The translations under genes and the position numbers were made by a program. A stretch of 54,489 bases of DNA from a bacterium. GTDB lineage: Bacteria; Cyanobacteriota; Vampirovibrionia; LMEP-6097. Numbering within the stretch: position 1 is the first letter of the stretch; each line of letters opens with the position of its first letter. The notes beneath the pieces were generated by a model, which had not been told where the DNA came from, ran no database searches, and saw nothing but the letters and a program-made list of their open reading frames with translations. Location of the stretch: contig JBJTTW010000267.1 in assembly GCA_046080385.1 (NCBI GenBank), positions 1 through 54,489 of the forward strand. The letters are read 5' to 3'. Below, piece by piece: positions 40,045-46,592 of this stretch.

Positions 40045-41733
40045 TTGTTTGAAATCGGAAAAAACACTTGGATATTTGAATGTGGTGACGACATCATGCT
40101 TGTTGATGCTGGACTCGCCTTCCCGACTGCAAGCATGATAGGAGTAGATATAGTACTCCCTAAAATTAATTATTTAGTCGCTAACAAAGATCGCATCAGA
40201 GGCATGATAGTAACCCACGGTCATGAAGATCATATTGGTGGTATAGTGCCGATGCTCAGGGAAATTAATATTCCAATCATTTATGCACCTGGCCTGGCTT
40301 ACGCCTTAATTCAAAGCAAACTTAAAGAAGCGAATGTACTACATCAAAAGATGGTCTGGACTAAAGCTAGAGACAGGGTTCAGATTGGTCAGCATTTTTC
40401 AGTTCAATATATAAGAAATAATCATAGTATCGCAGATAGCTACTGCCTGATCATCGATACACCAGCAGGTAGAATCGTACATAGTGGTGATTTCAAATTC
40501 GATCACAGCCCAGTAGAGAACCAGTATTTCGACATTCGCAGCTTAGCTGCGGCTGGAGAGTCTGGTGTAGACCTGCTTATAAGCGATAGCACTAATGCAG
40601 AAAGAGCTGGTTACACACCATCAGAGAAAGCAGTTATACCTAAGCTTAAAGAAATGATTTTTAATTCTAGAAAAAAATTATTTATCACGACCTTCGCTAG
40701 CCAAGTAAGCCGTGTGAAAATCGTCTTGCAGCTTGCTCTGCAAGCTAATAAAAAAGTAACTATATTTGGTAGATCTATGGTTAACCTAGCGAATATCTCT
40801 AGGGAACTGGGTTTCATTTCCATACCAGATAATTTCATAATCAAACAGGAAGAAGTAAATAAAATCCCCCCTGAAGATCTCGTTATTTTAACGACAGGCA
40901 GTCAGGGAGAGCAGTTCGCAGCCCTATCTCGTATCGCCCGTAACGAACATAAATACGTAAAAATACAAGCTGGAGATCAAGTGCTGATCAGTGCTTCACC
41001 GATACCAGGAAATGAAAAATCAGTTAATCATCTCATAGATAGCTTATTTGCTCGCGGAGCTGATGTTATTTATGGATTAGGTCAAACCATTCATGTCTCT
41101 GGCCACGCTAGCCAAGAAGAACAGAAAATGCTTTTAAATCTCTGCAAACCAGTTAACTTTATGCCTTGTCACGGCGAATATCGAATGCTGCTCAAACATG
41201 GTGAAACTGGAGTGAAATGCGGAGTCAATCCCGATAATATTTTCGTACTTGATAACGGGGATATTCTTGAAATGCAGGACGGAAAATGCTCTATTAAAGA
41301 AAGAGTCGACGCTGGTATAGTCCTTGTTGACAACGACAACGTCGGCAGGCTCGACGAAGATATAATCCTAGAAAGAAAAATGATATTAAGCGATGGCTTT
41401 ATATTAATCGTCGTTAATATCAATGCTTACGGCAAGTACAGTACCGAACCTAAATTAGATACTAGGGGTATATTATTACCACTTGGTTTTGATGAAAAGA
41501 GTTTTAAAAAAGAACTTATCGGCTTGACTCACGAAGCACTTGAAAGCATTACAGATAAAGAGAAACCATCTTCCATAGAAAATTTAGATAAATTTTCCCT
41601 GCAACTACAAAGCGTTATTTCTTCTAAAATTTATAATTTCCTTGATAATAGAACTCGCCGCTATCCACTGCTTGAGGTTGTGGTTTTAAGTAATCAAGGT
41701 GCGGTTAAGCCCGTAGTTGCTGGTTTAAACTAG
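40045..41733 (+). CDS. rnj: Ribonuclease J; the true start lies upstream of the listed TTG
   Basis: HGHEDHIGG motif. Conserved KVKIIALGGLFEIGKN begins at 40021, upstream of the first canonical start codon. Confidence 0.85.
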   Translation: MFEIGKNTWIFECGDDIMLVDAGLAFPTASMIGVDIVLPKINYLVANKDRIRGMIVTHGHEDHIGGIVPMLREINIPIIYAPGLAYALIQSKLKEANVLHQKMVWTKARDRVQIGQHFSVQYIRNNHSIADSYCLIIDTPAGRIVHSGDFKFDHSPVENQYFDIRSLAAAGESGVDLLISDSTNAERAGYTPSEKAVIPKLKEMIFNSRKKLFITTFASQVSRVKIVLQLALQANKKVTIFGRSMVNLANISRELGFISIPDNFIIKQEEVNKIPPEDLVILTTGSQGEQFAALSRIARNEHKYVKIQAGDQVLISASPIPGNEKSVNHLIDSLFARGADVIYGLGQTIHVSGHASQEEQKMLLNLCKPVNFMPCHGEYRMLLKHGETGVKCGVNPDNIFVLDNGDILEMQDGKCSIKERVDAGIVLVDNDNVGRLDEDIILERKMILSDGFILIVVNINAYGKYSTEPKLDTRGILLPLGFDEKSFKKELIGLTHEALESITDKEKPSSIENLDKFSLQLQSVISSKIYNFLDNRTRRYPLLEVVVLSNQGAVKPVVAGLN

Positions 41734-41740
41734 GAAACTG

Positions 41741-42164
41741 GGGGGACTACTCCCAAACTCCAATTTCTGCGTTTTCGTCGTCCTCATGATCCTCATGCAC
41801 ACCTAGTGCACTGCGGTCATTCGTCCTCCTCAGCCTTGAACTTGTTCGTTTGTGAGCAGTCCCCCTCCTGTGATGGCTCCCAATCTTCAATTTCTGCGTT
41901 TTCGTCGTCCTCATGATCCTCATGCACACCTAGTGCACTGCGGTCATTCGTCCTCCTCAGCCTTGAACTTGTTCGTTTGTGAGCAGTCCCCCTCCTGTGA
42001 TAGCTCCCAAACTCCAATTCCTGCGTTTTCGTCGTCCTCATGATCCTCATGCACACCTAAGTGCACTGCGGTCATTCGTCCTCCTCAGCCTTGAACTTGT
42101 TCGTTTGTGAGCAGTCCCCCTCCTGTGATAGCTCCCAATCTTCAATTTTTGCGTTTTCGTCGTC
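41741..42164 (-). repeat. Head-to-tail tandem array of R1 units (3 full units plus a partial fourth; period 127/127/128 bp)
   Basis: ctcccaa[ac][ct]tccaattt.. recurs at 41750, 41877, 42004 and 42132. The first unit has both arms (gggggactactcccaaac / gtttgtgagcagtccccc). Confidence 0.9.
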
Positions 42165-42210
42165 AAGCGATAGCAGCGTGCTAAAATTAAAGTTTTGAGG
42201 AGTAAAATTA

Positions 42211-43248
42211 ATGCCTGTAGCTAACTATAAACAATACATTGAAATGCTCGATAGAGCTAAAAAAGATAAATACGCATATCCTGCGGTAAATATAACTTCA
42301 CTTGCGACTATCAGTGCGACTTTAAAAGCTTTTGCTGATGCTAAATCTGATGGTATCATCCAGGTTTCCACTGGTGGAGCTGAATTCGCTTCAGGTCTAG
42401 CACAAAAAAATATGGTTTTAGGAGCGACAGTGCTTGCTGAAGCCATTCATACTTTAGCTGAAAAATATGATATTTTAGTCGCTATCCACACTGACCACTG
42501 TCAGCCAGGGAAAGTAGATTCTTTCTTAAAGCCACTTATCGCGAAGACAGCAGAAAGAAGAGCTAAAGGCTTACCTAATTTATTTAACTCTCATATGTTT
42601 GATGGTTCTGAACTTTCGACTAAAGAGAACATAGCTATCGCTAAAGAACTTATTAAACTCTGTAATGATAACGAAATTATTTTAGAAGTAGAGACTGGTG
42701 TAGTCGGCGGCGAGGAAGATGGAGTGGATAACTCTGGTCATTCTAATGAAAAGCTTTATACGACACCAGAAGATATGCTTTACGTTTGGGAAGAATTAAG
42801 CCCAATTAACGAAAGATTTATGCTAGCTGCCACTTTCGGAAACGTGCATGGTGTCTACAAACCAGGTAACGTAAAACTTACACCTAGCATTCTTAAAGAA
42901 GGTCAGGCTGCAGTTAAAGCTAAATTTGGAAAAGAACACCTACTAGTATTTCATGGTGGCTCTGGCTCTGAGTTAAGCGATATTCACGAGACTTTAGAAT
43001 ATGGCGTTATTAAAATGAACATAGATACTGATACTCAGTACGCTTTCACTAGACCTATAGTGGAGCATATGTTTAAAAATTATGATGGCGTTCTTAAAAT
43101 CGAAGGCGAAGTAGGTAATAAAAAAGTTTATGATCCTAGATCTTACTTAAAGAAAGCTGAAGAAAGCATGGCTGCGAGAATTGGCCAAGCCTGCGCAGAT
43201 CTTAAATCTTCTGGTAAATCGATTTATAAATCTTTAGTTACGGCTTAG
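42211..43248 (+). CDS. fbaA: Fructose-bisphosphate aldolase, class II
   Basis: ..VAIHTDHC.. and ..VFHGGSGS.. motifs, with a gaggag SD upstream. Confidence 0.9.
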   Translation: MPVANYKQYIEMLDRAKKDKYAYPAVNITSLATISATLKAFADAKSDGIIQVSTGGAEFASGLAQKNMVLGATVLAEAIHTLAEKYDILVAIHTDHCQPGKVDSFLKPLIAKTAERRAKGLPNLFNSHMFDGSELSTKENIAIAKELIKLCNDNEIILEVETGVVGGEEDGVDNSGHSNEKLYTTPEDMLYVWEELSPINERFMLAATFGNVHGVYKPGNVKLTPSILKEGQAAVKAKFGKEHLLVFHGGSGSELSDIHETLEYGVIKMNIDTDTQYAFTRPIVEHMFKNYDGVLKIEGEVGNKKVYDPRSYLKKAEESMAARIGQACADLKSSGKSIYKSLVTA

Positions 43249-43273
43249 TTTTTAAATTATTAACAAATAATGC

Positions 43274-43315
43274 AAAATCACCTTGGAATATGTTAATATA
43301 TTTTAAGGTGATTTT
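43274..43315 (+). terminator. fbaA terminator hairpin whose 3' arm is the SD of the next ORF
   Basis: aaaatcacctt-N20-aaggtgatttt, a perfect 11-bp stem, then tat before ATG 43319. Confidence 0.6.
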
Positions 43316-43318
43316 ATT

Positions 43319-43870
43319 ATGGGTTTAGGTAGTTTATTTGGTAATTTAGCTAAAAGTTTTCTTACTGGTGGTACTGGAGCTGCTGAGCAGCCATCAACTA
43401 TACAGAGGACAGAGGCAAAATCAAATCCAACAACACCTCTTGAACAGGTTAATGCGGCAGTTCGTGAAACAAGCCAACAGGAATTAAAGGAATTAAATGC
43501 ACCAGAACCAGCCCCTAGCGCAGCAGCTATAATGCCTGAAGTTCCACTAGGCAATCAAGCAGAGCCTTTGAAGGCAATTAATCAGGAAGAAATTAAGCCC
43601 GCAATTAAACTAGAAATTTCTCAAGAAACAGTAAAAACTTTCGAGCCCATGCTTTTAACAGCCATAAAATTCCTTAAGGAAATACTTCCATTTTTCGCAG
43701 CAGGGATTAAAACGATTTTACCTAAATCAGAGGTAAATCAAATATCCTCAAACATAATAAAAAACAATGGCGGTCCCGAAAAAGCTATGCAGTGGCTGGA
43801 GGCACATGTAAAAAATAATCCCATTCTTGCCCGAGCAAACACCCTAAATCCTACTGCAAACCCAGCCTAA
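43319..43870 (+). CDS. Hypothetical protein (low-complexity P/A/T/E-rich middle, hydrophobic segment)
   Basis: 183 aa with an aaggtga SD. Preferred over the antisense ORF 43303..43554. Confidence 0.5.
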   Translation: MGLGSLFGNLAKSFLTGGTGAAEQPSTIQRTEAKSNPTTPLEQVNAAVRETSQQELKELNAPEPAPSAAAIMPEVPLGNQAEPLKAINQEEIKPAIKLEISQETVKTFEPMLLTAIKFLKEILPFFAAGIKTILPKSEVNQISSNIIKNNGGPEKAMQWLEAHVKNNPILARANTLNPTANPA

Positions 43871-43918
43871 TAAAGCATTCTATTTAAAATCAATTTAGAT
43901 CTAATCTGTTTTTACAAA

Positions 43919-43958
43919 CTCAAATATATTTTTGAGGAAAAACGAACCCTTAAAATTT
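43919..43958 (+). repeat. R3 motif copy a (cassette leader)
   Basis: ctcaaatatatttttgaggaaaaacgaacccttaaaattt. Confidence 0.75.
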
Positions 43959-44231
43959 CAGAAAAAATTCAGCATACTCATATCCATGCCGCACTATGAG
44001 AGAGTCAATGAATACCGTATTGAGATTATTAAGTCACTAGGTTTTTGGCTTATAAGCCCGACTGGTTTATTAGTTTATATGTTTTTATTTGATGATACTA
44101 AATTATTTCAAGAAATGAATCTAGTAAAAGCTATGATAGCTTTACTGTTACTAATTTCTGGGATAAAATGCTTAGATAAAGCTTATGAAATAAATAAAGA
44201 GCTTGATAAAGAGGAAAACTGGAATGTCTAG
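43932..44231 (+). CDS. Small 2-TM membrane protein (cassette 1, gene A); likely starts at ATG 43986
   Basis: Weakly paralogous to 44441..44635 (K.LGFWLISP versus K.SGFAFLTP). Confidence 0.5.
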   Translation: MRKNEPLKFQKKFSILISMPHYERVNEYRIEIIKSLGFWLISPTGLLVYMFLFDDTKLFQEMNLVKAMIALLLLISGIKCLDKAYEINKELDKEENWNV

Positions 44232-44361
44232 AACACTGCTTATAGAGATACAACAAGCTTCACTAGTGCTTTTCAACGTCGCATGCGTCTACATCGGTAT
44301 TCACTGGGTTCTTTTCAGAGACCGTTCCAAAGAAAAAACTAAAAAAATTCAACAGCCTTAA
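44224..44361 (+). CDS. 45-aa single-TM peptide (cassette 1, gene B), not in the ORF track
   Basis: ATG overlaps the stop of gene A by 8 nt. Translates to MSRTLLIEIQQASLVLFNVACVYIGIHWVLFRDRSKEKTKKIQQP. A decayed paralogue lies at 45377. Confidence 0.45.
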   Translation: MSRTLLIEIQQASLVLFNVACVYIGIHWVLFRDRSKEKTKKIQQP

Positions 44362-44374
44362 TATTAAAATTTTT

Positions 44375-44414
44375 CTCAAATATATTTTTGAGGAAAAACG
44401 ACCCCTTAAAATTT
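44375..44414 (+). repeat. R3 motif copy b
   Basis: ctcaaatatatttttgaggaaaaacgaccccttaaaattt. Confidence 0.75.
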
Positions 44415-44440
44415 TTTCTATTTTTGCGAAGCTAATTTAA

Positions 44441-44635
44441 GTGGGTAATTTAATCGAGCCGTATAAATACTGTGCAGATGTTTTAAAATATTCTGGCTTT
44501 GCTTTTCTCACTCCAGTAGCGAGTTTGGTACTAAGCTTGATAACAGATTTTTCTTTTACATTTGATCCTAATCAATTAGAGCGGTATGTTGTTGCTGGAT
44601 TATTTTTCATTTTGGAATTAAAATTTATCTTATAA
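44441..44635 (+). CDS. Small 2-TM membrane protein (cassette 2, gene A)
   Basis: GTG start, 64 aa. Confidence 0.45.
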   Translation: MGNLIEPYKYCADVLKYSGFAFLTPVASLVLSLITDFSFTFDPNQLERYVVAGLFFILELKFIL

Positions 44636-44666
44636 GGCTTATCCATATTACAAAAAGGAGTTATTG

Positions 44667-44804
44667 ATGAATCTGCAAAATCTTGATTGGAATTTCATCT
44701 ATGGTGTGATTTTTTTAGTAATACCTATGCTCATAGGAGCCTTTTGGCTTGAATATCACTGTTATCACCTAAAAATGCGTGAGCTAGAGACTTTAGAAAA
44801 GTAA
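44667..44804 (+). CDS. 45-aa single-TM peptide (cassette 2, gene B), not in the ORF track
   Basis: aaggag SD 7 nt upstream. Translates to MNLQNLDWNFIYGVIFLVIPMLIGAFWLEYHCYHLKMRELETLEK. Confidence 0.5.
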   Translation: MNLQNLDWNFIYGVIFLVIPMLIGAFWLEYHCYHLKMRELETLEK

Positions 44805-44808
44805 TAAT

Positions 44809-44835
44809 GGAGGAAAAACGACCCCTTAAAATTTT
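44809..44835 (+). repeat. R3 motif copy c (partial)
   Basis: ggaggaaaaacgaccccttaaaatttt. Confidence 0.7.
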
Positions 44836-45000
44836 GTTCAAGATGAAGCAGAATTTTTTCTATGGATTTATCTGAGAAGATAGAAATATTAGAATCTGAA
44901 AAAGTTAAGTCTAGAATCCTTATGCAGGGTGGCTTTTGTTGCATGATACCTTTTACATAATGCTTTTAATGAGTTACCATAAAATAAGACGCTAGGAGAA

Positions 45001-45106
45001 TTATACCATTCTGGAAAATTCTTTTGAGTCCAAGCAGTCGGAAACTAGGACTGCGCAAGGGACATATAAAAGTCTTTTTCAGATTAAAATGGTATTTTGG
45101 TATTAG
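45001..45106 (+). mobile_element. R2 repeat copy a (~106 bp, MITE-like)
   Basis: ttataccattctggaaaattc...gattaaaatggtattttggtattag. By hand alignment, 104/106 identical to the reverse complement of 47406..47511. Confidence 0.8.
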
Positions 45107-45109
45107 AAT

Positions 45110-45289
45110 ATGGCTTGGGATTATTTTTTTACTATGCCTGCTATTACAGTCCTATTTTTTCTTTTAATTTATCGCTTGCATTATGGGTTTTATAAAATCG
45201 ATTTAGAATGTGGCGATAAAAATGCAATAAAGCCCACATTAGCAGAGGTTTTTCTTGGGATTAGAAAAAAGAAGTCTGAGGAAAAATAA
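45110..45289 (+). CDS. 59-aa single-TM peptide, not in the ORF track
   Basis: MAWDYFFTMPAITVLFFLLIYRLHYGFYKIDLECGDKNAIKPTLAEVFLGIRKKKSEEK. The ATG is 4 nt after the end of R2a. Confidence 0.35.
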   Translation: MAWDYFFTMPAITVLFFLLIYRLHYGFYKIDLECGDKNAIKPTLAEVFLGIRKKKSEEK

Positions 45290-45376
45290 CTCCATTTTTT
45301 ATGTTTATTTATTGGAGAACAGCCTACTGTAGCTGATCAGATGCCTATCCTCCCCTAACTAAAGACGAAAGCTACA

Positions 45377-45515
45377 ATGCCTAAAACACTACTCATCGAG
45401 ATACAACCATCTTCACTAATGCTTTTCAACGTCGCATGCCTCTATACCCCGGCATTCACTAGGTGCTTTTCAGAGACCGTTCCAAAGATAAAAAACTAAA
45501 AAAATTACACAGCCC
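45377..45515 (+). pseudogene. Decayed paralogue of the 44224 peptide gene
   Basis: atgcctaaaacactactcatcgagatacaacc.. parallels 44224.. at the DNA level, but indels shift the frame after about 22 codons. Homology runs up to the R2b insertion. Confidence 0.55.
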
Positions 45516-45620
45516 TAATACCATTCTGCAAAATTCTTTCGAGCTCCCAGCAGTCCAAAATTAGGACGACACAAGGGATATGAAAAAATTTCCAGATCAA
45601 AATGGTATTTTGATATTAAG
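45516..45620 (+). mobile_element. R2 repeat copy b (diverged)
   Basis: taataccattctgcaaaattctttcgag...atcaaaatggtattttgatattaag. It interrupts the sequence that is contiguous at 44355-44375 in cassette 1. Confidence 0.7.
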
Positions 45621-45720
45621 CCTAAAAACCCTAAACCAAGCTCAGGAACACGAATTCTGCACTATAAACTATAAAAGTTAAATTTCAATTAAAAAATATT
45701 TTTTTTCGAACAAAAAAAAC

Positions 45721-45749
45721 TTTACATTTATTTCCGCGTTTGTTAATAT
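45721..45749 (+). promoter_or_regulatory. Strong sigma70-type promoter of the small peptide gene
   Basis: TTTACA, 17-nt spacer, TAATAT. Confidence 0.6.
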
Positions 45750-45802
45750 CTTAAGTATAAGTCGAGTACGTAAGTACAAATTAATCAAGGAGAAAATAAA
45801 TT

Positions 45803-45937
45803 ATGGTATCAATAAACCCAGCACCACCAGCAGCTGTAACAGTAAAACAGACACCAGCAACAGCAATTAGCAAAGAGCCTTCACCTCAACCTTCAACTCC
45901 AGCTCCTACGGGCGGCAGAGGTCTCGACATTCACTAA
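45803..45937 (+). CDS. 44-aa Pro/Thr/Ala-rich peptide, not in the ORF track
   Basis: aaggag SD 8 nt before the ATG. Translates to MVSINPAPPAAVTVKQTPATAISKEPSPQPSTPAPTGGRGLDIH. It has its own promoter and terminator. Confidence 0.6.
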   Translation: MVSINPAPPAAVTVKQTPATAISKEPSPQPSTPAPTGGRGLDIH

Positions 45938-46004
45938 TCGCAGAAATTTCTAATTCCCTGCAACGGTGCATAAAACAACTTAGTAACCCTAAGTTTAAAT
46001 AACT

Positions 46005-46045
46005 AGAAAGAGAAAACCCCGCCACAAGCGGGGTTTTCTCTTTCT
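46005..46045 (+). terminator. Very strong hairpin terminator
   Basis: agaaagagaaaaccccgc-cacaa-gcggggttttctctttct, a perfect 18-bp stem. Confidence 0.75.
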
Positions 46046-46067
46046 ATCTTAATCAGTAAAAAGTAAT

Positions 46068-46135
46068 CTCCCCCGAACTCCAATTTCTATGCTTTTATCC
46101 TCCTCAGTCTTGAACTCACACCTTCGGCAACAGTG
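46068..46135 (-). repeat. R1 element, short and degenerate (the arms no longer pair)
   Basis: ctcccccgaactccaatttctatgcttttatcctcctcagtcttgaactcacaccttcggcaacagtg. Confidence 0.65.
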
Positions 46136-46238
46136 AAAATCCTCTAAAACCTAAATCACGCTTCGCTAAATTTTAAACTTAGAGCTGTGAGTCCCACAAT
46201 TTTTAGATATAAAAATTACCGCTTCTTTTTCTTTTCAA

Positions 46239-46359
46239 GGCACTGTTGCCGAACAAACAAGTTCAAGGCCGAGGAGGACGAATGACCGCAGTGTACTGCG
46301 GGTACATGAGGATCATGAGGACGACGAAAACGCAGAAATTGGAGTTCGGCAACAGTGCC
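46239..46359 (+). mobile_element. R1 element, full length; used here as the reference orientation
   Basis: Perfect 16-bp terminal inverted repeat ggcactgttgccgaac / gttcggcaacagtgcc. Its open frame runs in-frame into the nuclease fragment. Confidence 0.9.
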
Positions 46360-46388
46360 AAGATAGAACTAGCTCAGGTCGTATAGAT

Positions 46389-46592
46389 ATGGTTTTAGAA
46401 ACAAGTTCTAAAATTTATTTATTTGAGTTTAAGGTAAATTCGACATCTAGACTAGCGTTAGAACAGATTAAAGAAAAAAAATATTATGAGAAATATGAAA
46501 ATGTCGAAGATAAAAAACTTTTACTTGTAGGTATTAATTTTGATTTAAATTCTAAAAATATCTCAGAGACTGAGGTTCTAGAGTGGAATTAA
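46389..46592 (+). pseudogene. C-terminal fragment of a PD-(D/E)XK (DUF1703/AAA-ATPase-like associated) nuclease family gene
   Basis: (GRID)MVLETSSKIYLFEFKVNSTSRLALEQIKEKKYYEKY.. matches the C-terminus of that family. The roughly 400 upstream codons are absent, and R1 sits at the break. Confidence 0.6.

Noticed and set aside
41747-42056. ORFs 41747..41929(-), 41817..42056(-) and 41852..42043(+) inside the array. Likewise 51766..51954(-) and the N-terminal extension of 16328..17296.
   Set aside because: They are generated by the stop-free frames of R1 repeats. They have no independent start signals and their sequences are repeat-derived.
41741-42164. The tandem repeat array might be a CRISPR array.
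   Set aside because: The units are about 127 bp and contiguous, with no unique spacers between them. The unit is the same R1 element found dispersed elsewhere and inside genes. No cas genes are in the window.
43303-43554. An 83-aa minus-strand ORF is antisense to the 183-aa ORF.
   Set aside because: It has no SD and is a G/A/S-rich mirror of the low-complexity region on the + strand. The + strand ORF is longer and has an aaggtga SD.
44836-45000. A 59-codon minus-strand ORF (MQQKPPCIRILDL..) and a short + strand ORF (MKQNFFYGFI) lie in the degenerate third cassette.
   Set aside because: Neither has an SD. They overlap the R3 motif and the cassette remnant, so they most likely arise by chance in decayed sequence.
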